63,783 bases of DNA, filler included, from Reticulomyxa filosa (GCA_000512085.1; 17 parts of 17 records of this genome joined end to end with filler, not necessarily neighbours in it); one strand, 5' to 3'; positions 13,901 to 28,039 are shown, counted from the whole stretch's first letter. The notes: generated by a model not told the origin, from the sequence alone. Translations and numbers: made by a program.

Positions 13901-16900
13901 GCAGATAACTGAGCGACGCTCTTTCGATTGCATCTGCCTTGTCGTCGTATTCAATACCTTGTGATAGCAAGTCATTCTTCAGCCAGTCAAGAGAAGAGCG
14001 ATCCAATTCCAACTCCGTGTCAATGGGCGCCGAAATGTAAACACCTGCACATTTGCTTGCCAACAAAGTGCAGCTCTTGGTCAAGTCCAAGATCCATGGC
14101 AGTTCATAGCGCACCTCTTCCGTGGTTGCTGATACGGTCACTTTGAATCCCCACGCATTGGATTGGTAGCCACTGTTGAATACAATGCACACCGTGTCTC
14201 CGCTGACAATGATTGGTCTGTTTGGCGTGGTAATAAAGTTGGCCCCTTCAATTGGCTCTTGTTGGTTCGGACGACGATATAACGTCAACGACGCACCAGG
14301 GGCGCTGGAATTGAATGTTTGTGAGTCAATAATCAACTTCATGCTCTTTGCGCCAGGGACCGAGACAGCCTTTTCCGTTGTGCCTCGTTGGACCGGGTGA
14401 GGACTTTCCGCAACGGTCGTGCGATCAACCATTATACGATCATACTTGCCAAGGACAAAATCTCGTTCGGAAACTAAAATGTTAGGCAAATCACGCATTA
14501 GCGAGTTCAAGGTAATCAACAGACGATAAATGTGAGGCAAGATCTCGCTCGCCAGTTTGGGATCAATAGCCATTCCCCACATTACATTGACCAAAGGTGG
14601 CAGCAATTCACCGACTCGTTCCTCAAATATCTTCAACAACACGGCTTGCACGTGCAACTCCAATTTGGCCTTTTTGCTGTTTACAAATTCCATCAGCTCC
14701 GAGCAATTGTCAATCAATTTGAATGCATACGGCAAAGCATACTTTATGTACACTTCTCGGTCTAGCTTGCTAATTTCCGAATTGAATAGGCATATTTCCA
14801 TTCGAGCCAAAAATTGTCGCAATGTTCGAATCAAATCTTTGTCTGATTTGGACAATAGGTTACTTGCAGCTTTGTTATCCGCGTTGGGCGCACCGGCAGT
14901 GGTTTCCAACTGACGTTCCATGGCTTGCTTGGCATCATCAAAGACCAATTGCAATACGCTGTGCAGCAACAGACATCGCGGATACATTTTCGAGTCTTTG
15001 CCTTTTTTGAAAATGTTAATCAAGGCCGGTACTAATCCAATCAAGTTATGTGGCGTGTCAACGAGTCAAAGTATCGACTGGCTAATAGCAAACGCAAAGG
15101 ATTGGCTGATGTTGCATTCAAGCAGCCCTCCACGTGGTCAAACAAAATACCGACACGATCAATTGGATCCATGTAAAACACAGACAGACCAATACTCAAG
15201 CACTCTGCAACCTCTGTGTGGACCTCGTCTTCCAACGCTTTTGTTGTTTCGCGGTGAGGTCGATCAAACACCAAGCGGTTAAGCAAAGTCACATAGCGTT
15301 CTCGAACGGTGGGTGTATTTGGAATTTCCATGCCCATCTCGTCCACTTTGCGTTTGTTAAAGCCGCACGACTTGGGATCAACGTTCCAAGTCACCAAATG
15401 TGTGATATTCGTTCGAAGCACTCGAATGACTGTCAACAACGCCAACATGCGTACTTCTTCCAAGTTTCCATCGCTAAAATCATCCGACAGTTTGTCCTTT
15501 TCCAAAGGCAAGGCATCTTTTGGTAAGGCCCAATTTTTCGCATAAAATTCATCCGCCAAGCGTTCAGTGATTTCCAGCAATGCTTCAAATGTCTGAGATG
15601 TCAAGTCGACTCCAAAGGGAATGGATAAGGACATTGGCACGCTATCCAATGTATCTACCGTTTGCAAGGACTCGCAGTCATTGTCAATTTTGACCAAAAT
15701 GTTCGACAATGCCAATGTTGCCGACACTTCGTCTTGCAACTCCAAAGTGCTGGAAGAAGCCGCTCCAGGGGTAGCGATACTCGCCAGTGCACTTTGTGAT
15801 TCGTCTGCAGTGTCTTCCGTCGTTGTACCTCCGGCTCCGGATTTGTGTCTTGCCATTGGCTGTGGGCTGAATATCTACTCCTAGGAGTCCATATCGCTTC
15901 AGTAATTTCTTTGGTGTTGTTTCTTGAATCTCTTCCACTCGCTTTTCCATGCGTTCTGCTCTCCATTGGCTTAATGTGGTTGGTGCCTGCATTGAGTGGC
16001 ATGTTGCCGAGGTATTGGAAACACCACCTGCCAATAGCCACATACTCTTGCCGTTTCCAGCGAAACAAGCTGATTCAACATTCGTAAAGCCATCGTATTC
16101 CAATTCGTCCAACAGCAATCCTGACTCTAATGAAAACTTTTGCGCAACGCCTCCATAGGTTCGATTCCAAAACGCACGTTCGGGATATGCAATGACCAGT
16201 GTCTCTCCATTCGTATAAAATGAAGTGGTGGCTGCCACTCTTGGAGGGAAGGATTGGTATGTCTCGGGCTCCTTGCTCGATATTCGGAGTAAATAAGGTC
16301 TGGGCTCGTTCTTCCATTCGCAGTCTTTCATAAAGCCATGGTTTTTAAATGAGGACAAGTCTCTGACAATTAATCCCAAGCCGTCATTGCAAGGCCAAAA
16401 TCCTCGCAAATGTTCTTGAGTGACAATTTCTTCTACGCGGGCTTTCAAACCCTTTTTGATTTGATCTTCGCTGCGTGCACAGCTCCAAATGCGAACATCA
16501 CAAATTTGACCAAAGAAAGGCCTGCCAGGAATACTACCAACGGTCCAGTTTTTGCCATTGGCTTGGGGCATACAGTTTGCACCCGTGGGATACGAATGTC
16601 CGGTGCTTAGCATACCGTTGACATAAATACGCCAAATCGTGTCTGCGACATCATACGTGACAGCGAGATGGGTCCATTGCGACAAGTCTGCTTGGCCTGA
16701 TGCATAGCCGGTGGACGTACCATTGATAGTAGACGACCCGCAATATATTTGTTGATTTTGGATATACAAGTACGTGGAATAGCTGCCGTCACCATGTTGG
16801 AAGATTTGCTGAGGGCCTTGGCGGGTTTCAGAGTTTGGAAATCGAAGCCAGCATTCCATTGTCGTTGACCCACTAAAATTCAAGTCTTTTGGGCAACCCA

Positions 16901-16973
16901 AATCGACCAACGAAGTATTGTGATATCTGTTTTTGGACGCGGTTCTCCTGCCCCATCGATTTGTCGTAACTGC
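4950..16973 (-). CDS. Giant HECT E3 ubiquitin ligase (HERC/HECTD4-like), over 3900 aa visible, split by frame breaks, 5' end missing
   Basis: Abutting or overlapping ORFs 15684-16910, 15041-15856, 10065-15044, 9241-10068, 6197-9322 and 4950-6200. C-terminal HECT domain (FAGEGSIDIGGPYRE...FLRFVWGRNRLP...LPIAHTCFFSIDLPPY, catalytic Cys). SPRY ~7420-7880, CUB-like ESPHP...WGFKVTV ~14130-14415, LamG ~16300-16900. Confidence 0.92.
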
Positions 16974-17349
16974 NNNNNNNNNNNNNNNNNNNNNNNNNNN
17001 NNNNNNNNNNNNNNNNNTTAATTAATTAANNNNNNNNNNNNNNNNNNNNNNNNNNNNNNNNNNNNNNNNNNNNTTTTTTTTTTTTTTTTTTTTTTTGGTG
17101 TCAAAAAAAATGATAAAGGTGTATGCTGTGTACATATGTATATTTTATATACGTCCTTACGTATACTTTTTTTTTTTTTTTTTTTTTTTTTGTAACAACA
17201 TCAAAAAAAAAGAATTTTTTTTGGTTTTGTTTTCTTCCTCCTTTTTTCACCTCTGGCTTTTCATGGCCTCTAAATATGCAACATCCCTTGCCTCTCTTTC
17301 CTCATTATATGATAACAAAATATGTGGGAAAAAAAAAAAAAAAAGATAG

Positions 17350-18329
17350 CACATTTTAGCCCAAGGATGTTCAATGTGAATATGAACTTGTCGCGTGAAG
17401 CAAGAAGCGAGCTGGACTATTTGATGACAGATACAAGCTCACATGATTACCGTCGTAATAATAATAATACGCACGAAACACGATCCCGAGATGGACGCAA
17501 AATCATGACGCAGCGATTGATGCCGCCCGGTGGACATAAAGGAAATGGGCTGTTGCCCCCGCCGTCGCAATCGAACTGGCGCGCGATGAGTCCAAGTCCA
17601 GGCGTGGAGTTGCCTCCAGCCACCTTGCAAGACAATAATGTAGGCACAGGCAGAGGCAAAGGCTCACTAGAATTGGCGCAAGCATATTGGGGTCTCAGTG
17701 GCGCAGCTGCTGAGCCCGTGACAAACATGGAGACAACAATATCTTTGTCTTCCAAAGGTAATACGAATGGTATAGCCAATAGCAATAGCAATAGCAATAG
17801 CAATATCAATACCAATACCAATCCGAATCGAACATCGCAATCCCACACTCGCAAAAAATCTGTCACTGCGACAATCCTGTCGGCGGCGACATTATGGCAT
17901 TCGTTTAGTATCTATAATGCCAACGCGAAAGCGGTTGAAGACGAAAATGCCACTTGGCAGACTCTGTATAGCATTGGCGTGGTGTTCGGTTGGCTGAGTG
18001 CGAGTATCTATGTGACCAGTCGTATTCCGCAAGTGAAACTAATGCTCAAGACGCGACAAGTCCGCGGACTAAGTCCGCTGTTCTTTTGCTTGACGCTGGC
18101 TGGCAATTTCACGCAAGCTGTGTCCATGCTCATTGTTCCTGACTTGTACCACACTCAGTCCATATTCGTCGAAATGCTCCCGTGGCTTATCTCCAGCTCC
18201 CTTTGCATGTTCCAAGATATGTTCATCTTATTCTTGGTCTATCTGTTCCGTGATCAGTCTCCTAAAGATGCGCTTCTCGATGACAAACAAGGTGTTCAAG
18301 AATATATACAATTGGAAGTTGAGCGTTGA
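17350..18329 (+). CDS. PQ-loop repeat membrane transporter (PQLC2/Ypq-like), 3' exon
   Basis: GVVFGWLSASIYVTSRIPQVKLMLKTRQVRGLSPLFFCLTLAGN is a PQ-loop motif, followed by TM helices and WLISSSLCMFQD. Confidence 0.85.
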
Positions 18330-19847
18330 TTAGAGTCCTCTCATCTCATTGCTTTTAATTATTTCTTTTTTTTTTCTTTTTATGTGTTTAAGCAACGATT
18401 TAAAGAAACAATTATCATCATTATTATTCTTCTTTTTTTTTTTTTGTCAAACTTTCTTTGTTATGTCCAACACAAGTGTTGCGGCTGTAAGGTTTATATA
18501 TCTCTCTCTCTGGTTTGTCTCTTGGTTGTTGGCCTCTCTTTTTTTTTTCCTTTTTTTTCTCTGTTATTTGTGTAGCTTGTGTAATCTTTTTTTTTATGTG
18601 TGTTTTTGGTGTCAGGATGATTTTTATGGTCCTTTTTTATAAAATATAGACATTCAAAATATTTATCGAAAATAGTGTGTACTAACGCTTTTCAATACAT
18701 TTTTAACAAGTGAAAGGGCAAAATTTTAAAAAATGTGCAACATTCTTTTTAAAAACTTGTTCAAAGCATTACACGATACTTCGGAATTGATCATTCATTA
18801 AACAAAATTATCTGACAGTTGTAGTTTTTTAAAATGTGCAATAATATGTACTTACAAACGTGTTCTTGTACACTTTCGAACATGTGTTTGTAACACCATT
18901 TAATTTAAAAACCGTTATTGAGTAATTATCCATGCCTCATGTCTTTGCTCACACTATTGTATTGGATCATTGCAGAGCAAAGCACTACTAGTTACAGACA
19001 GGTTAAAGTGAACCTTGAAACCCTTTCTTCTCAAAACTTACTTGTTCCCTGTTTCGTTTGTTATTTGTTTTAGTGAATTCGCAAAGGAGCAACACTCTCG
19101 TAACACACTTAACATTTTGTACCAGTTTTACTGTATCTGTCGAACTCAGTTATCAACATTGTTATTGTAATCACAATAAAAACGAGCACAAATTCATGCT
19201 GTATTGATTATACTACTCTCAAATTGGGCCTTTTTTTAATTTGATTGTTAATATTATACAAACAAAGAAAAAAGTCGTGACAATGAAAATTGCACATTAT
19301 TTTGTTGTGAAAAATCAGATTTCTCTGCAGCATTATTCTTAATTTTTGTAATTTTTTTGTTTATAACTGTGAATTTGACTTATTTGGACTGGCAAATTTC
19401 CAATCAACTAAAGTTCGCTACGATAATGCTCTGCACATGTAATAAAAATGCACCGTTATTAATGATTGTATACTAAAAAAAGTTTTTTAAGCTTGGATAA
19501 AATGGAGTTGTAAGTTTAATGTTCATTAAACAATAAAAGATTTGTAATATTTCTAAAAATAAATTTCATCTTGTTTGCAACTTGCTAAACAAGAAGACAA
19601 TTCTTATTTCTTACTAACAAAACAAACAAAGATATAAAATCCACTAAGTAAAAAAGATAAGCGGCATCATGGGAGAGAGTTATGTCAGCATCGTATAACG
19701 AGACTCAAATAATATTATCACATTTCGATCCAGAGCGACTAACAATTGAAAGTAAAAAAATATATTATTTTTTGCTGTTTTTATTAATTGATTGGTTGAT
19801 GTGTGCAGTGTGTGGATGTATCTTACAAAAAAAAAAAAAAGGATACT

Positions 19848-20961
19848 TTACTTGATGATGACATGTGTGTTCCGAGTGATATCTCTGATATCAAAACCCG
19901 AGTTTTGGTCAACGTTGAACTTACGACAGATCGCGGCGAAATCGGACGAGCCGATTTGTGCAATGGCCTCTTTCAGCTTTTGTTTGGTACGTATCTGATG
20001 GAAGAATATCACACATTCATCGCTCTCAGAGGGCCATCTCTGATCAATTTTATGAATATTTTCCAACCACATTGGACATCGTTTGGGGTTAGTTTCCCAC
20101 TCTTCATTGTGAAGCAGTATTGTATTATTACCTTGAATGCTTCCTTTGTCCAGCTCTGTTTGTTTGTTTTTTTGTTTTTTTTTTTGGGAACGAACTACGT
20201 CCCCCTTTTTTTTTTTTTTTTTATGATTAACCTACCTTCTTCAGATAGTCCACAAACATAACAATAGGCAGTCAAACATTTAGGACAAGTCATATGGGTG
20301 CATCCATTGTTCTTCATGCCACCGATGCCACACTTTGGACAGGATACAGTTGCTCCTTCTTGTAACGCCTTGTCCCAAATGGCCTTGGGCTTGGCCAAGG
20401 TCGCGCACTCAAAGTGATCTTCAAACTCTTTCTCGTCGAGCTCATCGCTGAGTCGCCGCTTTTTCACCTCTTTCTTGCAGTGGTAGCATGAAGTTTTTTT
20501 GCATTTGATCTTTTGACAATAAAATACCATCTCCCCTTCCGATGTTATGTTGACTTCCCAATACTCGCAAAAGGGACATGATGCTACTACTTCTAATTTT
20601 TTTTTTTAACAAAAAAAAAATGCTTTACGAGCCACTTTTTCTTTTCAAAAAAAAAATTGTTCATACCACCAGGCCCCAAAAAAGAGGTATCAAATTGCAT
20701 GTGATATTTCAGAAATATTTGCAGCTGCCTCTCTGACAGTTGGCGTTCAAAAGTGCCTGTTATCACGTCTGTCTTGCACATCATACATTTCACGGGGATT
20801 CTTGCCGTGGGCTCTTCCATTACTGTGCTCACAAAGTTCACACTGCACTCAGGACAAATGGCGTGGGATTGCGGACACATGATTCCTGTATGATCCTGCG
20901 GCAACTTGCAAGCGCAACCTATGCACTGTAGATCATTTTTCTTCTTACCACTTTGTGACAT
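19848..20961 (-). CDS. RBR (RING-IBR-RING) E3 ubiquitin ligase
   Basis: RING1 CIGC...CPQSHAICPEC...CMMC; IBR SCPFC...YCQKIKCKKTSCYHC; RING2 CPKCGIGGMKNNGCTHMTCPKCLTAYCYVC. GT-AG introns at 20593-20669 and ~20156-20236. The 3' end is uncertain. Confidence 0.88.
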
Positions 20962-22184
20962 TCTTTCTTTTTTTTTTTAATGGACAGCATCCTTCAAATT
21001 TGACAAAGTTTTTTTGTAGACGCAAAACACAGTCAGCGACAAACTTGTGAATCAAAACTGATCTCCTTATTCTGCAAGATATAGAGATTATTTAGCGACT
21101 CTCTATTTGGATTGGGTTACAGTTACGTGCAAAGATACAAAAGGCCTGTTATTTGTCTCGCAATCAATTCGAGACTTTAGTGTTGTTGATTTAAGTACAA
21201 CGATGTATCGACCTTCGAGAGAGTCTATTGCCATGTTAAAATTTTATCACTTTTGCGGAAATCAAGCAACCACTTTTTGTACATGTTTATCATTACATCA
21301 CCAATGGGCTTTGGTTTCCATCTTAAAATCCAGTTAAAAAAATTTCAACTTTAATCTAGCAATGTTACCTTATAACTTATAGCTTATTGACAAATCTTAC
21401 AGTGTATTATCTTGTCAATATAATACATATATTAATACATTCACTTATAGAAACATAGTTATCGCATTTGTTTCTTTGTTGTTTTTTTGAATATGCAATG
21501 ACAACTTTTTTGCAAAATTGGATAATTGTATAGTGTATTTCATCGAAAATAGATTGATGTCAAATTTTTTTTAGGTGTTGTTTTTACAAATGTATTATAT
21601 TTTTAATTGCAAATATCATTGCGGCTTTGAATTAAGAACATGGTTTTTTGTTTTCTGTTATAATTGCTTTGTGGATGTTTTAAACTCAAACACTATGTTT
21701 TTTTCACATATTCGATTTGTTTTTTCTTAACTTAGACATAAATTTTTTTTTAAATAAATTATTAAAAAAAATTAGCTAAGCCATATAAATGAGTTTTGTT
21801 TACTAACAGCTTATGAAAACATAAACTATAGAAAAATATAATGTTACTTCATGATAACAGTATAAAAACATAACAAAAAAAATTAGTTTATTTTCCAGTC
21901 GAAAAGATTATTCTTACAATCCTTTTTTTCTTCCAAAAGTTCAAACGACGCATAATAAAAAAAAAGAAATTTGACCTATATAAAAACACATTTGTTATGT
22001 TTTGTTTAAAAAAAAATAAACAAACAACACTTAAAGAAATAGCTACTATCAAATATGATATATTTTGCGAAAGTTATTAATAACGGTACACGACGAAAAA
22101 AAAACTTAAGACTAACAGTTAAACAACGCGCCGCAGCACGTTTTATCGCCGATATCGAATCACACGATCACATTTACAAATGCA

Positions 22185-22461
22185 ATGAACAACAACAACA
22201 ACAATAACAACAATACGATGACGGACTACCAAACGTCATCGACAAGCAACGACGCAAGAAGACTTAAAAAAGTCGCCTCTACTTCATGGATGACACATCC
22301 AGACAGTCTCAATCATCCCCCGCCCAAACCTGAGACCATTCCTACCATCGACACTAACTTCGCCATGTACGAATTCGCTTTGTTGCAAAGCACGGAATGG
22401 CCACCACAAGACCCTGCTCTCAACCACTACTTAGTCGTTGTTAATGACACTCAGACACAGG
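22185..22461 (+). CDS. Hypothetical protein, 5' fragment (poly-Asn start)
   Basis: ATG-initiated, GC-richer ORF that runs into the contig end. Confidence 0.45.
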
Positions 22462-22561
22462 NNNNNNNNNNNNNNNNNNNNNNNNNNNNNNNNNNNNNNN
22501 NNNNNTTAATTAATTAANNNNNNNNNNNNNNNNNNNNNNNNNNNNNNNNNNNNNNNNNNNN

Positions 22562-22862
22562 GTTGTGCTCCAACATAATGTGCTGATGTCATAAGGATAA
22601 GTCACATATCGTGTAGTGTTCCATAATAACATAGTGAGTGTGGCCATGCTCGTAATTCTTTCAGTTCGTTCTCTATTAACAACCCCTTGTCGTGAGCATC
22701 CATGTTGTGTAGGTTTGTTGGCAATGTCACACAGTTTTGCACTTGATTGCACCCAATGCAAGGACAATCTGACGGACATGTACTCACGTCACCAGTCGTT
22801 ACCAGTATCGTCCACACAACCAAAATGCTACACCATAACGCCCACCACAATTTTTTTAGCAT
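22562..22862 (-). CDS. Putative secreted Cys-rich protein, 5' fragment
   Basis: Signal-peptide-like MLKKLWWALWCSILVVWTILV followed by CPSDCPCIGC; no family recognised. Confidence 0.35.
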
Positions 22863-24225
22863 ATTTTTTTTTGTTGGTTCTTCAATTACTATATGTACTT
22901 CAAAAGATTATCGATTACAACATCAAAAAAAATTTTTTTTAACCTCATGACCCGTTCCGCTCTCATTGTCAAGTCCAAAAAATTAACTTTTCAAATTTTG
23001 TTTAAAAATTACTACATTTTTAATTTTTGAAATTATTTTAACTTCAAATTGTAATTTGTGTTTCCACATAAATACACTTTTGTTGCTTTGACGAACTTTT
23101 TTCTTCCCCTTCATGTTTGTTGCATGAAAAGCTTTCTTTTCTCTTATACAATAAAGAAGCTAAGAGATTTGCATAACGTGCTAACGCTTTATTCAATTGT
23201 ATGCTTACCTTGCAGTTTATCCAGCTGACGTGGCCTGGTAGCCTGTCAGCGTCAGTACCCTATCTCTCGTATTGTAGGCTCTTGGTGCCAATGTGGTGCT
23301 TTTTCTTAAGAGTTGAAGTACCTTTCAAAAGAAGAAATCGATCACTTGGGCAAACTGACCATTGCAATGGTCGATGGTAACTTGGAATATATTGTCGAAA
23401 AGGTTGATGAAATGAGGTTTCGATCCCCAAACACATGGACCTTACTTTATCAAAGCCATTGCTACAATTGGAGTTGATCGCTTGGATAATTATACTCAGA
23501 AAGATGTCGAGTGTCAAGTATTTTCACTTTTTTGAGAAATCTTGACAAATATGTCAAAGTTCGGGGATTTTTCTTGATTCAAAGCGCATTCGTTCTCTTG
23601 TGAAGTTTGCTCGGCCAATTAGATTTATTAAAGAACAACATTAAATGGCAGCTGTGCTGGAACGCGCTAGATGACGACAAGGATATCTGCAGGCACTTAG
23701 AACTGTGAAGGTATTTTTTTTTGGAGTAGTTTCTCATCTTGTTCACTTGTCTACAAGTCAAAATGCAGCCAATCAATTTTTTTCAGATGATCTATTTTTC
23801 ACCCAATCAAAAAAAAAAAAAGAAAGTGTAAAACGATTGCGATATACACAATACATAAACACATACACAGATATATCTTTAATTATATTAAAATGGAGGA
23901 AATTTAAGATTGCATTTTTGCACGTATGGAGGCTCCGAACATTTTTTTTTTTGGAAATTATTGCATTTAATGTGGTGCTTTTTCCATTTAACTTTTTTTT
24001 TTTAAATTAGAGATAATGCTTTTTTTAATCTGTACACATTTAGCCTTTTTAAGTGAAAAGCATGGTTAAATTAGAAAAAGATCAATTTTTTTCTTTGTTG
24101 AACTATGACAAACACAAAACAAAGTACAACAATTGCATTTCCAATCAACTTAGCATTTCTATAGTTTGCCACGAATTTTTCTCATTTTTTATCTTAAAGT
24201 GGCTTTATTGCTCATTGAATATCCT

Positions 24226-25150
24226 TCAGTGTGCCCAGAAGTGAAGGGGGGCAAACGGAGGAAGAAAATCTTGAGTGAAAAGCGTTGGTTGTTTAAACAG
24301 CAGCATGAAATCGTCGTTAGTGTTGGTGGTGCTGCATGTATTAAATGTGTTCGTTGTAATGTTAAACAAAAGTGAGACGAACACAAGTGGGACGAACAGA
24401 CAAAAACATTTCAATCGATATATCAATATGGACATACTAACAACATCATGTGATATGTTGTTCAACCGCTCAATCAACAACGTGTGGAAATTGGAAATGT
24501 GGAATTGTGAGCAATCTCTACAATTATACAATAACATGGCAAGCGTATCCTCATTGCAAATTTCCAAAAATGAGTCGATGCAATCAACAAACCAAATTAT
24601 ACGTATTTTCCAAAGCACTCCGAGTGCCAACATAAAGCAGTCCAAAAAGAACAGGCACTCCAAAACGTCGACAATAAATATATTCATATCCACTTCGGCT
24701 ATACAATTGACAACATACAAATGGACATCCACATCATTGATATTCAGGTATATAACAGCAACAGAAAGACTAATGAAAAAAAAAATGATCATTAAAAAAA
24801 AAGGGGAGGTTTACGTATATCAAAAGATAGGAAGGGGAGAAGATGAATTGTGTATGTTATTGATTTTATTTAGAAATGATTTTTTAAAAAAAAACAAAAA
24901 TTACAGTGTGTTGAGAAATGGCAAAGTGGATGTAATAATAAGCACGCTACGTTTGAAAAGAGCCAGGAGCGAGTATCTATTGGGGACGTTGGCTGTGATA
25001 AATTGTTTTTGGTACAACGCGACAACAAGTAAGGATCCAATCATCAACATTATTTGCAGCCGCTGCAAATATTTTTTTTCAAGCATTAAGCACAAAATTG
25101 CGCAAAGCCCAGCACATATCATCCACAATTTCGCTGCTATTTTGAAAAGA
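24226..25150 (-). CDS. Multi-pass membrane protein fragment (multi-exon)
   Basis: Hydrophobic minus-strand ORFs 24901-25128 and 24226-24792 separated by an AT-rich intron-like gap. Confidence 0.4.
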
Positions 25151-25599
25151 TTGTCAAATGCTGTAATGTTAAGTTTTTTTTTACTTTCGTTTTTTTTTTT
25201 TTAAGAACNNNNNNNNNNNNNNNNNNNNNNNNNNNNNNNNNNNNNNNNNNNNTTAATTAATTAANNNNNNNNNNNNNNNNNNNNNNNNNNNNNNNNNNNN
25301 NNNNNNNNGATTTGAAATATTGAATATGATTTTGAATAAACAATAATAAAATTTATGGATTTGAAGATTTATTATATGAAAGAGATCACATTTATTAAAA
25401 ATGCCTTTCAATTTATTGAGCTGAATTTATACTTGTAAACATTTTAAAATTTTATTCGTTAGCGTTTTCTTTAATCAAGGATTTTTAGATATTAAGACAC
25501 TATCTTTTTTCTAAATTTTATTTCAAAAAAAAAAATTGAACCTTTTCATTTGTGGTTGGTTATATATTTATTCGAATTTCCAATTAAAAAAATCATGAT

Positions 25600-26450
25600 C
25601 ATTAATTAGCATCAATATTTTAAAAAAGCAATATTCACCAAGAGGGGCTGTTTTAAACATAATAATACATCATCTTGATTGATCACCATACTGCTTCATT
25701 GAATTGACCTTGTTCTAAACGAATTATAATCTTCCGTTTCTTTAATTTATCTTCAATACTATTCTTCTTTGATTTATAATGTACTCCTTTCTTTATTATT
25801 CTTGAATATTGATCTTCTCCTTATAATTTTTAATTGGACCATTTTTGAATTTTTGTTTCAAATAATCTTTTACACGTCATCAAATAACGAAATAAATTTG
25901 TTGATATCAAAGTGCAATCTAATGGTATGTTTAAGCACTTTCCATATCATGTGATTTGCACATACTGACAACATTAAATTGCATATTATTAGATCTGGAA
26001 GATTGACTGATTGAAATAATATAAGCTTGTTTGATATCACCTTTCTTTGAACATCCTTTAATCATTATATTGAATGCAATTAAATCAATCGAATTATTTT
26101 AATTCAGAACATCTCTTGTGCAACAGAACAGATGACTATAGTTGATCGTATTTTAAAGAAATTGAATAATATCATTAGACGCTGCCATTTCTTTAATCAA
26201 CGATCTTTCATAATGTGATTGTGATGGTGATGTTGTTTTGCTAATGCTCCATTTTGTCCTTGTAACTTTTCTTATATTCATTAGACGTGTTGTTCTTCCA
26301 AATAAATTTTATATTGATCTTTTTGTCATAGAGAACTGAAAGAGCTGGAGGTGAGAGTTGGTTTGTTATATAAACGTGTGACTAAGAACATATTTTTCAT
26401 TATTGTTTTCATCATTGTTAAGAGATTATTTTATGTCACCTTTTTTGGTG
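25600..26450 (-). pseudogene. Decayed PPR-repeat protein gene
   Basis: PPR-like IDLIAFNIMIKGCSKKGDIKQAY (~26020-26090) and PDLIICNLMLSVCAN (~25955-26000), with many stops and indels. Its 3' part is homologous to 28484-28759. Confidence 0.65.
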
Positions 26451-26729
26451 AACATTCAAAAATGAACTGTGAACTTAAATTTTTTGATGTTAGCAATGGA
26501 ATTTGTGCTCATTAAATTAGAAGCTCAAATCTTTATATGTTTTGTTGTTTTTTTTGCCAAGGAAATGATTAGTCTTTTTAAATTATACTCACCAAAAAGA
26601 AAAAAAAATAATTTTATTTTTATTTTTGTGATCATTCTTGTAATGAAGTAAAAAATAATCTTGGATAATTAACACATGTATATTGTAACTCATATTTAAA
26701 ATGTCAAAAATATGTACATATATACTATA

Positions 26730-27616
26730 CTATTCCCATATTCTGATTGTATTGTCATAAGAACTGGATACAATTGTATTACCATCTGATGAAACATCTA
26801 TTCTTGAAATCCAATTAGAATGTCCTTCCAATTTGTGTATTTCATAGCCTGAATTTACATCCCATAAACGAATAGTTTTATCACATGAACAAGACACAAT
26901 AATTTGGCCATCTGGAAAATATTTAACATCAGTTACAATACCTAAATGTCCATTAAATAATTGTATTTGTTTTCCTAATTTAATATCCCATATTCGAATT
27001 GTATTATCCCATGAACAAGATACAATAAATTGATTATTTGGAGAAAATTTTGCACATCTTACATAATCAGAATGTCCTATGAATTGTTTCAATATTTTTC
27101 CTGTTTTTATATTCCATAAACAAATTGTCTTATCATAAGATGATGATAAAATCATTTGACAATCAGATGAAAATTGTACGCTACTTACACCACCAGAATG
27201 ACCAATAAATTTTTTAATTTCCTTTCCAGATTCTACATCCCACATACTTATTGTTTTATCAGCAGAACCGGATACAATATATTTACCATCTCGTGAAAAA
27301 TTAATATACCATATTGCATCTAAATCATTTCCAAATTTCATTATTTCTTTTTCTGATGTTAAATCCCATAATCGAATAGTTTCATCTTCTGAGCAAGAAA
27401 TAACAACTTTTCCATTTGGTGATATTTCTGTAAAATTAACCCAATAAGAATGTCCTTTAAAACATTTCATTTGTTTTCCAGATTCAATATCCCATATCCT
27501 TACTGTTCCATCAGATGATGATGAAACAATATTGTGTCCATCTAATGAAAATTTTACACATCTTACTGTACTATTATGTCCTTCTAAAATTTTTATCAAG
27601 TTGAAATATTTTGTCT
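26730..27616 (-). CDS. WD40 repeat protein (about 7 repeats, G-beta/NWD-like); upstream exons likely at 27700-27960
   Basis: Regular GH...V..V.FS.DG..IVS.S.D.T(V/I)R(I/L)WD repeats. Confidence 0.95.
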
Positions 27617-28039
27617 ATATGTATATTCATGTTAAATATTTTTTATCTGAATAAAAAAAAATGTGGAAAAGAAAAACAAATAATTTAACATATTTAATAA
27701 TCAATTTATTAAAATCGTAAACCCATCCAAATTGAATATGCAAAACTCGAAGCCAATTTTGGATGATTGATATCACTTGTTTTTTTGACTTTTTTTAAAT
27801 AAATAAAAAACAAGATTGAGTACAACAACCAAATGTCTTGCAAATATGTCAAAATTGAAGCTTACCAATTGTGGTATTTCTTTTTCTTTTTCAGCAGTAG
27901 TCATATCTGCAGTATCTATTCCAAAACATTTTTTTAAGGCTTTTTTCATTTTAGAAATCTCTTCCTTTTTTAAGTTTTATTTTTATAAAAAATACATTTT
28001 TCTAGGCTGAACACCTTTCACTTTTTCTCATAAAAAAAA

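Noticed and set aside
6197-15044. 4-nt ATGA/GTGA/TTGA stop-start overlaps (6197-6200, 10065-10068, 15041-15044) resembling bacterial translational coupling
   Set aside because: These arise automatically when one eukaryotic ORF is read one base off (NTG+A gives TGA). The pieces are domains of one protein.
23240-23720. Coding-like stretch (GFDPQTHGPYFIKAIATIG...)
   Set aside because: Interrupted by stops and not assignable to a family; too weak to call.
24275-25204. 309-aa plus-strand ORF
   Set aside because: Probably the antisense shadow of a hydrophobic minus-strand gene; it runs through poly-A intron-like sequence.
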